Origin: Psychrobacter cryohalolentis K5
Lineage (GTDB): Bacteria > Pseudomonadota > Gammaproteobacteria > Pseudomonadales > Moraxellaceae
NCBI RefSeq assembly: GCF_000013905.1
Contig: NC_007969.1
Coordinates: 1,770,001 to 1,802,000, forward strand
Reading direction: 5' to 3'
Length of the DNA stretch: 32,000 nt
The notes under the pieces were generated by a model, which had not been told where the DNA came from, did no database searches, and worked only from the letters and a program-made list of their open reading frames with translations. Position 1 is the stretch's first letter, and each line of letters begins with the position of its first letter. The translations under genes and the position numbers were made by a program. This document shows positions 9,936 through 18,202 of this stretch, one piece after another.

Positions 9936-10128
9936 CGATAAAGATGGCACGGTAGTGGTATTCAGACGATGTTTAATAAACAAAACAAACCTCATGGCTT
10001 TATGAATGGCATAACGAAAAACGGGAAAAATCTGCCCTATAATAACAATTATGATGGTCAAAAATATCACTAGTGAATAAAAAAATGATAAATAGCTTGT
10101 CCCTTGCTTAAAACAATCAAAGATAGCT

Positions 10129-10147
10129 AATAGTGAATAATATTCAC
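10129..10147. promoter_or_regulatory. Palindromic operator candidate (Fur-family-like) upstream of the TonB-dependent receptor
   Basis: Perfect 7-1-7 palindrome GTGAATA-A-TATTCAC at 10133-10147. By hand count, the 19-mer AATAGTGAATAATATTCAC matches 12 of 19 positions of the Fur box GATAATGATAATCATTATC. A weaker AATGATAAAT-containing site lies at 10081-10099. Confidence 0.3.
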
Positions 10148-10300
10148 CCTATGATGAATAAACATTAGGTGAAAGTGGTTTATAAATGAGGTGCTTTTAT
10201 AGATAATAACGCCATGTATTTTATTTATTACTTTTTGTAATTTTTAGCTGCTCAGATTTCACTTCTGTAACTTCTTTATTTGATTAATTTGGAATTCAAC

Positions 10301-12199
10301 ATGGTTTTATCACGTTCATCTTCAACCACTTATCTGCGGTTGTGTATTTTAAGCGCATTTGGCGCATTTGCTATGAGCGCTAACGCCGCTACTGACGTCA
10401 ATGTCATCAGTGATAGCGAGCTACCACAAGTTGAGCTTGATAAAATTGTAGTCACCGCCACTCGTACACCGACTAAAACCAGCAATGTCATTGCTCAGAC
10501 TCGCGTCATTGATCAAGAAGACTTGAAACGCTTCCAAGGTCAAAATGCCCTTGATATCATCAAACGTCAGCCAGGTATCAGTCATTATACCAATGGCGGG
10601 CCTGGTACCACCTCAAACTTTTATATGCGTGGATATGATAATAAGCAAATATTGGTGCTTATTGATGGGGTACGCTATAGCTCAATTAGTGCTGGCGGCG
10701 CAACATTAAGCTTACTGCCTGCTGATCAAATCGATCGTATTGAAATATTATATGGTGCTTCTGGCTCTAGTATTTATGGTTCAGACGCAATCGGCGGCGT
10801 GATTCAAGTGTTTACTAAAGGCTCAAACATTGAAAAGAGTCAGGTTTCTATTACTGCAGGTATAGGCTCACATAATGAATATCTATATGGCGCTAGTGCT
10901 CAACTTAACAGTGGCAATGGCACGACAATGAGTTTATCAGCCAGCCATAATGAGACGGATGGCATCAATGCGACCTTACCAAATGCCTATGGTTATAATA
11001 GCGATGATGACGGCTTTAAAAGCGATAACGTTAGCTTAGCGTTAACTCAGCGTATCAATGAACAATGGTTAACCGGTGCAAGCGCCTTATATAGCAAATC
11101 GACCACAGATTATGACGATGGTGCAGCAAACGCCTATTCAAAACAAGAAAACGGTTCTGCGCAAGCGTTTGTTGATTGGCGTTATATGCCTGGTTCTTCT
11201 GTCAAATTACAGTATGGTCATTCTATTGATAAGAGTGATAACTACGGTAGCTTCCCTGGTGTTTTTGATACCAAACAAAATCAAGTTAGCCTAGTAGGTC
11301 AGCATAAGTTTCAAGTTGGTCAAGGCATATATGGCCTTGAATACCTTAACCAAGGGCTTGATAGTACTGCCTATACCGTTGATGACCGTGACGTGAAAAG
11401 CGCATTCTTAGGCTATCTATTGGCCAAAAATCAATTCGATGCTCAAGCCAACGTGCGCTTTGATGACAACTCACAATATGGTGGTGAGACGACTTACAAC
11501 CTAGGTGGTGCCTATCACATTAATCCTAACCTACGCGCTGGTGCCAACTACGCCAAAGGCTTTCGTGCGCCTACTTTTAATGACTTATACTATCCGGGTT
11601 CAGGTAATACTAATTTGAAACCTGAAACCAGCGATAACTATGAAGCTTTTGTTGAATACGATACTGTATTACAGTCGACACGTCTAACAGGCTATCACAA
11701 CAAAGTTGATGATCTAATTGGCTATGTTGCAAAACCTACACCTGGCAATCCTTGGGGCGGTAGCAGTGAAAACGTTGATAGAGCTAAAATTGAAGGTATT
11801 ACCTTAACTTCAGATTGGGTTGTTGATAGCTATTTATTTGGTGGTAGCTATGACTATCAGCAAGCAAAAAATGCCAGTGGCGGTGCGAGCGATGGTAATT
11901 TCCTTGCCATTCGTCCTGAACATAAAGGTCTGGTATATGCAGGCTACCGCTTACCAAGCTTAGATGTTCGTGCAGAATACCAATATGTTGGTGATTATTA
12001 TAGTGGTGTCGCTAATACAGACTCACAGTTAGTCGATTCTTACGGTTTATTGAATATCAGCGGTAACTATAAACTCACTGATAATCTATCTATGACTGCT
12101 CGTTTAAATAATATTGCGAATAAAAAATATATTACTCTACCGGGTTATAATACTGATGGTATTAACTTCTTCACCTCTTTAACCTATAATTGGTTCTAG
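10301..12199 (+). CDS. TonB-dependent outer-membrane receptor (BtuB/CirA-like)
   Basis: The start is set at the ATG at 10301, giving a signal peptide ending AMSANA|ATD. There is a TonB-box-like DKIVVTATR. The plug domain closely resembles BtuB (ILVLIDGVRYS..., IEILYGASGSSIYGSDAIGGVIQVFTKG). The protein ends in a C-terminal aromatic residue (TYNWF). Confidence 0.9.
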   Translation: MVLSRSSSTTYLRLCILSAFGAFAMSANAATDVNVISDSELPQVELDKIVVTATRTPTKTSNVIAQTRVIDQEDLKRFQGQNALDIIKRQPGISHYTNGGPGTTSNFYMRGYDNKQILVLIDGVRYSSISAGGATLSLLPADQIDRIEILYGASGSSIYGSDAIGGVIQVFTKGSNIEKSQVSITAGIGSHNEYLYGASAQLNSGNGTTMSLSASHNETDGINATLPNAYGYNSDDDGFKSDNVSLALTQRINEQWLTGASALYSKSTTDYDDGAANAYSKQENGSAQAFVDWRYMPGSSVKLQYGHSIDKSDNYGSFPGVFDTKQNQVSLVGQHKFQVGQGIYGLEYLNQGLDSTAYTVDDRDVKSAFLGYLLAKNQFDAQANVRFDDNSQYGGETTYNLGGAYHINPNLRAGANYAKGFRAPTFNDLYYPGSGNTNLKPETSDNYEAFVEYDTVLQSTRLTGYHNKVDDLIGYVAKPTPGNPWGGSSENVDRAKIEGITLTSDWVVDSYLFGGSYDYQQAKNASGGASDGNFLAIRPEHKGLVYAGYRLPSLDVRAEYQYVGDYYSGVANTDSQLVDSYGLLNISGNYKLTDNLSMTARLNNIANKKYITLPGYNTDGINFFTSLTYNWF

Positions 12200-12245
12200 G
12201 GTGATTTAGAATCACACTGAACTGGTATTATTCATTTAAATGAGA

Positions 12246-12272
12246 AAAGGTCATCCAACGATGGCCTTTTTT
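12246..12272 (+). terminator. Rho-independent terminator
   Basis: Hairpin aaaggtcatc-caac-gatggccttt with one G-U pair, running into a T-tract (12267-12272). Confidence 0.65.
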
Positions 12273-12338
12273 ATGGATGTCAATCACATAAAACGATATT
12301 GCGTGTCATCACTACTTACCATTTATATCAGTCAATAG

Positions 12339-12367
12339 GTGACAAATTACACATCATCTATTACAAT
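12339..12367 (+). promoter_or_regulatory. Sigma-70 promoter candidate for the ahcY-metF leader
   Basis: GTGACA (12339-12344), a 17-nt spacer, then TACAAT (12362-12367). The predicted start at about 12374 coincides with the 5' edge of the riboswitch. Confidence 0.45.
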
Positions 12368-12374
12368 AATCACC

Positions 12375-12512
12375 CTCCGAGAGGTGTTGCACCATAATAT
12401 CTGATCTTGCAAATAGGCTTTAGAGCCATGCTAATCAGTGGTTATGTTAGGCTCGGCAACTGTTGAATAATCTTTCTCATGATTGTTGACAGCGCAAATA
12501 ACGGCACCTGCG
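12375..12512 (+). promoter_or_regulatory. S-adenosylhomocysteine (SAH) riboswitch
   Basis: Core elements of the SAH riboswitch are present as I recall its consensus. P1 is CCGAG (12377-12381) paired with CTCGG (12452-12456), inside the conserved string AGGCTCGGCAAC. The pseudoknot helix is AGGTGTTG (12382-12389) paired with CGGCACCT (12502-12509). That is 8 bp including two G-U pairs, and it covaries relative to the usual AGCGCUG/CGGCGCU. The element sits directly upstream of ahcY-metF, the classic genomic context. Confidence 0.78.
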
Positions 12513-12557
12513 TTATTATTCTTTTTATCATACATTAACCACTGATAGGAGCATATT

Positions 12558-13982
12558 ATGGACGCAGTGTCTAACACCCCATCTGCCCATACGATCGACC
12601 CCTCTTTCACTGACTATAAAGTCGCCGACATCAGCCTAGCTGATTACGGCCGCCGTGAAATCACTCTAGCCGAAGCCGAAATGCCTGCCCTTATGGGTTT
12701 GCGTCGTCGCTACGAAGCCGATCAGCCGCTTAAAGGCGCAAAAATCGCTGGCTGTATCCACATGACCATCCAAACCGCCGTACTTATCGAGACACTAGTC
12801 GCGCTAGGTGCTGAAGTACGCTGGACATCATGTAACATCTTCTCAACTCAAGACCATGCTGCTGCTGCGATTGCTGCTGCTGGTATCTCTGTTTACGCTT
12901 GGAAAGGCGAAACCGAAGAAGAGTACGAATGGTGCTTACGTCAACAAATCCACGTTGGTGGTGAAGAATCAGGTCAGCTTTGGGATGCTAACTTAATCTT
13001 GGATGACGGCGGTGATTTGACTGCTTTGATTCATAACGATTATGCCGAGCTTCTTGATAACATCCATGGTATCTCAGAAGAAACCACCACTGGTGTCCAT
13101 CGCTTGGTTGAAATGCTTGGTAAAGGTACGCTTAAAGTACCCGCTATCAACGTTAATGACGCGGTTACTAAGTCTAAAAACGATAATAAATACGGCTGCC
13201 GTCATAGTTTAAATGATGCCATCAAACGTGCTACCGACATGTTCCTTGCTGGTCGCCGCGCCTTAGTTATCGGTTATGGCGATGTGGGTAAAGGCTCTAC
13301 GCAAAGTCTACGTCAAGAAGGCATGATTGTCCGTGTCTCAGAAGTCGATCCTATCTGTGCCATGCAGGCTTGTATGGACGGCTTTGAAGTATTGTCACCT
13401 TATATCAACGGCGATAACACTGGCGGCGCAGAAAACATCAATACGCGTCTGTTAGAAGATACCGACATGATTGTTACCACTACTGGTAACTACCATGTTT
13501 GTGACAGACATATGCTTGCAGCATTGAAGCCTGGTGCAGTCGTTTGTAACATCGGTCATTTTGACACCGAAATTGACACCCAATTTATGCGTGACAACTG
13601 GCGCTGGGTTGAGATTAAACCACAAGTGCATCAAATCTTCCGCTCAGACGACGAAAATGATTACTTGATTTTGCTTGCTGAAGGTCGTTTGGTAAATTTG
13701 GGTAATGCTACTGGTCACCCATCGCGCGTGATGGACGGCTCATTTGCTAACCAAGTATTGGCACAAATGTATCTGTATGAAGAAAAATTTGCTGACTTGC
13801 CAGCTGATACACGTACTGAAAACTTATACGTCAAAGTGTTACCGAAAAAGCTAGACGAAGAAGTTGCCGCTGCGATGGTTGCTGGCTTTAATGGTACGCT
13901 AACCAAGTTGACTGAAAAGCAAGCTGAGTATTTAGGCGTACCTGTTGAAGGTCCATTTAAGCCTGACGCTTATAAATACTAA
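12558..13982 (+). CDS. ahcY: Adenosylhomocysteinase (SAH hydrolase)
   Basis: 474-aa ORF with full-length similarity to AhcY. Blocks include [38 protein letters not shown] and the NAD fold [10 protein letters not shown]. The SD AGGAG lies at 12547-12551. Confidence 0.97.
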   Translation: MDAVSNTPSAHTIDPSFTDYKVADISLADYGRREITLAEAEMPALMGLRRRYEADQPLKGAKIAGCIHMTIQTAVLIETLVALGAEVRWTSCNIFSTQDHAAAAIAAAGISVYAWKGETEEEYEWCLRQQIHVGGEESGQLWDANLILDDGGDLTALIHNDYAELLDNIHGISEETTTGVHRLVEMLGKGTLKVPAINVNDAVTKSKNDNKYGCRHSLNDAIKRATDMFLAGRRALVIGYGDVGKGSTQSLRQEGMIVRVSEVDPICAMQACMDGFEVLSPYINGDNTGGAENINTRLLEDTDMIVTTTGNYHVCDRHMLAALKPGAVVCNIGHFDTEIDTQFMRDNWRWVEIKPQVHQIFRSDDENDYLILLAEGRLVNLGNATGHPSRVMDGSFANQVLAQMYLYEEKFADLPADTRTENLYVKVLPKKLDEEVAAAMVAGFNGTLTKLTEKQAEYLGVPVEGPFKPDAYKY

Positions 13983-13995
13983 AAGGAGTCAGACT

Positions 13996-14844
13996 GTGAC
14001 TAAGCCTGCTTTCTCCTTTGAGTTTTTCCCAGCCAAAACCGAGCAAGGACACGAAAAGCTCCTCAGCACTTATGATGAGCTGAATAAGCTGTCACCTGCG
14101 TACTTTTCGGTGACCTATGGTGCTGGTGGTTCAACTCGTAGCCGCACTTTAGATATTGTCCAAGCCTTATGCGCGCGCGGTGAGACTGATATTGCGCCGC
14201 ATATGTCTTGTATTGGCGATGATAAAAGTGAAATTGCCGAGTTACTTGAGCATTACAAAAGCTTGGGCATCAAACGTTTGGTCGCATTACGTGGCGATTT
14301 GCCTTCAGGTCAAGTAGGCATGGGCGAGCTGCCGTTTGCATTAGATTTGGTCAAGTTCATCCGTGAGCATTCGGGCGATCATTTCCATATCGAAGTAGCC
14401 GCCTATCCTGAGATGCATCCACAAGCGCGTAGCTTTAAGCTTGATGTCGACAACTTGGTCAATAAATATCAAGCTGGCGCCAATGCTTCGATTACCCAGT
14501 TTTTCTACAACGCTGATAGCTACTTGTATCTGCGTGAGAGCTTAGAAAAACGCGGTATTGATACCGTAGCACAGCCATTGGTTGCTGGCATTATGCCCAT
14601 CACCAACTCTAGCAATCTGATGCGTTTTGCTGACAGCTGTGGCGCCGATATTCCGCGTTATGTACGTAAGCAATTGGCTGACTTTGGTGATGATAGTAAG
14701 GCGATTCGCGAGTTTGGCTTTGAAGTGGTCTATCGTCTGTGTGAGCGTTTAATTAGCGAGGGTGTACCTGCCATGCATTTTTATAGCATGAATAAGGTTG
14801 AGCCAAACAAGCGCTTAATTGAAGCCTTAGGCTTGATTGCTTAA
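13996..14844 (+). CDS. metF: 5,10-methylenetetrahydrofolate reductase
   Basis: The start is set at the GTG at 13996, preceded by AAGGAG (13983-13988). This gives MTKPAFSFEFFPAKTEQG, a typical MetF N-terminus. The longer ORF-track start at 13945 would overlap the ahcY 3' end. Motifs include SVTYGAGGSTR and ITQFFYN. Confidence 0.93.
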   Translation: MTKPAFSFEFFPAKTEQGHEKLLSTYDELNKLSPAYFSVTYGAGGSTRSRTLDIVQALCARGETDIAPHMSCIGDDKSEIAELLEHYKSLGIKRLVALRGDLPSGQVGMGELPFALDLVKFIREHSGDHFHIEVAAYPEMHPQARSFKLDVDNLVNKYQAGANASITQFFYNADSYLYLRESLEKRGIDTVAQPLVAGIMPITNSSNLMRFADSCGADIPRYVRKQLADFGDDSKAIREFGFEVVYRLCERLISEGVPAMHFYSMNKVEPNKRLIEALGLIA

Positions 14845-14869
14845 ATATTTACCGAATGTATTGCTTAAT

Positions 14870-14901
14870 GACTGGCGTTCCTAGGAGCGCCAGTCTTTTT
14901 T
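14870..14901 (+). terminator. Rho-independent terminator
   Basis: GC-rich hairpin gactggcgttcc/ggagcgccagtc (14870-14895) followed by tttttt. Confidence 0.75.
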
Positions 14902-15017
14902 GGTATGGGAATTGCAGTTATGCGAATTCCATTATTGACAATCCCTTTACCCACTCAAATGATATTCTGCTAAGATATTTAAAAATATCATGACCCCCAT
15001 TATAGGAATAAGTAATT

Positions 15018-15917
15018 TTGCGACGTTTCTTTTATGCCACTAATAGCAACATTAGTAATGACGTTACCAATGAAAAGGCTGCGACCTACCCTCAGCTTAG
15101 CACCTTGCCTATCGGTGCCAGCGTCGAATTAACCGAAAGTATCATCCATCATTGGTGCCGTGTATTACGCGCTAATATTGGCGATAAAGGTATCTTATTT
15201 GACGGTTTTGGCGGTGAATATCAGGTACAGATACTGACCATCAGTAAAAAAAACGCGACTGTGACCCTGCTTTCTCACACAAATAATGATAATAGTGCAC
15301 CAATATTTACCAAAATCGGGCTGGTAATGAGTCGTGGCGAACGGATGGATTACGCCATTCAAAAATCTACCGAGCTTGGCGTCACTGCCATCCAATTGCT
15401 AAGCAGTCATCATGGCGAGGTCAACCTGAAGCCTGCCCAAGTCGAAAAAAAGCTTGCTCATTGGCAGCAGGTTGCGATTGCTGCCTGTGAGCAATGCGGT
15501 CTTAACCGTCCACCGCTTATTATTGCGCCTATTCCCATTAACGATTGGCTTAAGCCTATCACAACGACCACGCCTGTGAAGATAGAAGCGACTATCAGCT
15601 CTATGGTTACCACCCTTAGTCAGGATGCTTATTATCAAGTATTACAACAACCCGCTGATTTGCGTCTACAGCTTAGTGTACCAGCGGCAGGACAACCTGC
15701 TATGCCTGATTCGCTACTATCGGTATTACAGCAACCAGTGCCTTATATTGAATTGTTGATTGGTCCTGAAGGTGGCCTAAGTGCTAACGAATGCGCTCAA
15801 GCAGCAGACGTTGGTTTTGAGCCTTGGCAAATTGGCACAAGGGTATTACGAACAGAAACTGCGCCAGTAGTCGCCTTGGCAACATTGCAAGCGCTGTTGC
15901 CACGTGTCAATCCTTAG
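15018..15917 (+). CDS. rsmE: 16S rRNA (uracil1498-N3)-methyltransferase
   Basis: A TTG start with AGGA 10 nt upstream gives MRRFFY..., which aligns with the MRIPRIY-type RsmE N-terminus. The C-terminal SPOUT knot is present (LLIGPEGGLSANE...LRTETAPVVALATLQAL). The protein is longer than typical RsmE because of an internal insertion. Confidence 0.85.
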   Translation: MRRFFYATNSNISNDVTNEKAATYPQLSTLPIGASVELTESIIHHWCRVLRANIGDKGILFDGFGGEYQVQILTISKKNATVTLLSHTNNDNSAPIFTKIGLVMSRGERMDYAIQKSTELGVTAIQLLSSHHGEVNLKPAQVEKKLAHWQQVAIAACEQCGLNRPPLIIAPIPINDWLKPITTTTPVKIEATISSMVTTLSQDAYYQVLQQPADLRLQLSVPAAGQPAMPDSLLSVLQQPVPYIELLIGPEGGLSANECAQAADVGFEPWQIGTRVLRTETAPVVALATLQALLPRVNP

Positions 15918-16138
15918 TAGCAGTGCAAAGCGTTATATAGTCAGTTCACAATAAAAGATACAAATGAAATAGCGTTTTACTGAGACAAATTTCGCTTGCT
16001 GTGCACTATGCGTATGAGCACCACAGTCTTCAAAAATTTGTCCTAGTAGCACTGTATCTTTTTAAACTGCACTAATTACATTAAAACAGCGCTAATTGCC
16101 AATACGAAAAGCTCTCTTTATCGATTTACCTCTAATTT

Positions 16139-17875
16139 ATGAGTTCATTTATGACTGCTTTTACACCAATGCCACTGGCGGATAAACAGCAATTATTGGT
16201 CAAACTTTGTGAACAATATGAAGATGCTATCTTTATATTGGATGCAAATTTGTATTATTTATCGGTCAATGCAACTTATGAGCGCATGATCGGTTATACG
16301 GAAGATTTTTTACTTGGGCGTCCACTTGGTATATACGCGGCTGAATTTTTATCAGAAGAAGAAAGATCTATTCTAGTAGATATTGCTGAACACTTAGACA
16401 GTCAAGGTTTTTATGAAAACGACTTTTCAATGCCAAATCGCTACGGAGATCTTCTAGATTGTTATATGACCTATCGAAAAATAAAAATAGGTCATACTAT
16501 TTATTACGTTGGTATGGTTAGAGATATGTCTGCCGTGGTAAAAAATAAAAAACAAGTAGCACACTTGTTAAACTACGACCAATTAACTGAACTGCCTAAC
16601 CGCAAAGTATTTTTGAGCCAAACTAGCGACTTGTTACTGGATAGCTATCAAGAAGTTATCATTGTACGTTTAAATATTGATCGCTATCGCAGCCTTGCAA
16701 GCTTACTGGGTCCCGATGGTATCAATAGCTTAATAAAAAAATTTGTGACACGCATCAAAGACCTAAAACTCGGTTGTTTGCGCTGTTTCTCTCATTTTGG
16801 CGGTGATGATTTTGCTTTACTGTTTGAGTGTAGTGATGCCAATATGGTGCGCCATCAACTAGATATTTTAATGCAAATGTGTGAGCGTCCTTTCTTTATT
16901 AGTGATAATGGAGCCACAAATACCGAGGTGTATTGTCATGTCTCTGTCGGGGTCAGTTACTATCCTGAAAATGATAATGAGTTTATCGGCTTATTAACCA
17001 AAGCTGAAAGAGCATTAAATTATGTCAAGCAGCAAGGTGGCGACGATGTCTTTTGGTATAACAACTCCCTTCTTGAGCTCAATGCTGATCATTTACAATT
17101 AGAATATGAGCTTAAAAAAGCCACTAACGAAGGTCAGTTTATCGCCTATTATCAACCCAAATTCGCCCTAGATACAGGTGATATTTCAGGCTTTGAAGCT
17201 TTGGTACGCTGGCAGCATCCCATTCGCGGATTGCTGCAACCTATTGATTTTATTGATGCCATTCTCTCTCACAAATTATCGCTTGAGTTGTTCTCTCAAG
17301 TTGCAACCCAAATCGCTGAACAATTAACCATTTGGCAAAAACTTGGCTTTGACCAACATATCTGTATCAATGCCGATGCCGCTGAATTCAGCAATCCAGA
17401 ATTTTTTGATGTGGTCAGTAATTTACTGGCACAGCATCAAATTGCCGCGCACCAATTACATATTGAGGTGACAGAATCTTCTTTGATGAAGCGCCACTCT
17501 AATGTTAAAGAACAGCTAAATTCGTTAAAAGCGCTAGGGGTTTGCTTGGCTTTAGATGACTTTGGTACCGGCTATGCTTCTTTGAGTTATCTGCAAGAAT
17601 ATCCCTTTGACTTCATTAAAATCGATAAAAGTTTCATCTCTAAAATTACCGCAGACAAAACTCAACGTGCCATTGTTAACGCTATTTTGGCATTAGCAGA
17701 AGCACTGGATATGCAGGTCATCGCAGAAGGTATCGAAAATGAGCAACAGCGCGATTTGCTCTTGGCTATGGGTTGCCAGTATGGTCAAGGCTATTGGTTT
17801 GGCAAACCTATGTCTGCTGAAGTTACAACCAACATGTTAATGCAACAACATTTGTCTAAAAATAGCAATGATTAG
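16139..17875 (+). CDS. PAS - degenerate GGDEF - EAL signalling protein (probable c-di-GMP phosphodiesterase)
   Basis: There is an N-terminal PAS-like region. The GGDEF domain reads GGDDF and has a poorly conserved upstream substrate region. The EAL domain has all hallmark motifs: EALVRW, the N in ICINAD, EVTES, DDFGTGYASLSYL, KIDKSF, EGIENE and QGYWFGKP. Confidence 0.9.
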   Translation: MSSFMTAFTPMPLADKQQLLVKLCEQYEDAIFILDANLYYLSVNATYERMIGYTEDFLLGRPLGIYAAEFLSEEERSILVDIAEHLDSQGFYENDFSMPNRYGDLLDCYMTYRKIKIGHTIYYVGMVRDMSAVVKNKKQVAHLLNYDQLTELPNRKVFLSQTSDLLLDSYQEVIIVRLNIDRYRSLASLLGPDGINSLIKKFVTRIKDLKLGCLRCFSHFGGDDFALLFECSDANMVRHQLDILMQMCERPFFISDNGATNTEVYCHVSVGVSYYPENDNEFIGLLTKAERALNYVKQQGGDDVFWYNNSLLELNADHLQLEYELKKATNEGQFIAYYQPKFALDTGDISGFEALVRWQHPIRGLLQPIDFIDAILSHKLSLELFSQVATQIAEQLTIWQKLGFDQHICINADAAEFSNPEFFDVVSNLLAQHQIAAHQLHIEVTESSLMKRHSNVKEQLNSLKALGVCLALDDFGTGYASLSYLQEYPFDFIKIDKSFISKITADKTQRAIVNAILALAEALDMQVIAEGIENEQQRDLLLAMGCQYGQGYWFGKPMSAEVTTNMLMQQHLSKNSND

Positions 17876-18202
17876 AGAGCGAGTATAAAACACCCTCATA
17901 TCGTTCCTCTACCATATCGATAAACGCGCTTAGCGTGTAGGCTATATTGTACATAGGATGCAAGATAGGTTGATGACTTATCAGTATTGTCTCCAAACTT
18001 GTATATTTTCCAGTGAACGCCTATCTTTTACCAAGAATTTACAGATACGGTCTTAATTCTTTTCTCAATGTTATTTCATATGATCGGTATCGTTGTTTGT
18101 TAATAATGCAGACACACTCCATGCCAGCAAGATACTAGCAACTCAGACTTACAACAGTCATCCCATCGCTGTCGGTCATATACCAAAAAAGGACAGGAAG
18201 TT

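Noticed and set aside
9936-10070. 45-codon N-terminal extension of the MscS-family ORF (GTG at 10070) with a hydrophobic stretch
   Set aside because: The ATG at 9935 yields a textbook signal peptide, whereas the extension is Ile/Phe-rich as expected from translating AT-rich non-coding DNA. Neither start has a good SD, so the longer form is not fully excluded.
10071-10300. Expected cobalamin riboswitch in front of the BtuB-like receptor
   Set aside because: Read by eye, the region lacks the conserved B12-riboswitch core strings and B12 box, and it is too AT-rich and unstructured. It is not called. A cmsearch would be the decisive test.
13945-13995. Longer metF ORF starting at 13945 and overlapping the ahcY 3' end
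   Set aside because: The in-frame GTG at 13996 has a strong AAGGAG at proper spacing and gives the conserved MetF N-terminus. The upstream extension lies inside ahcY coding sequence.
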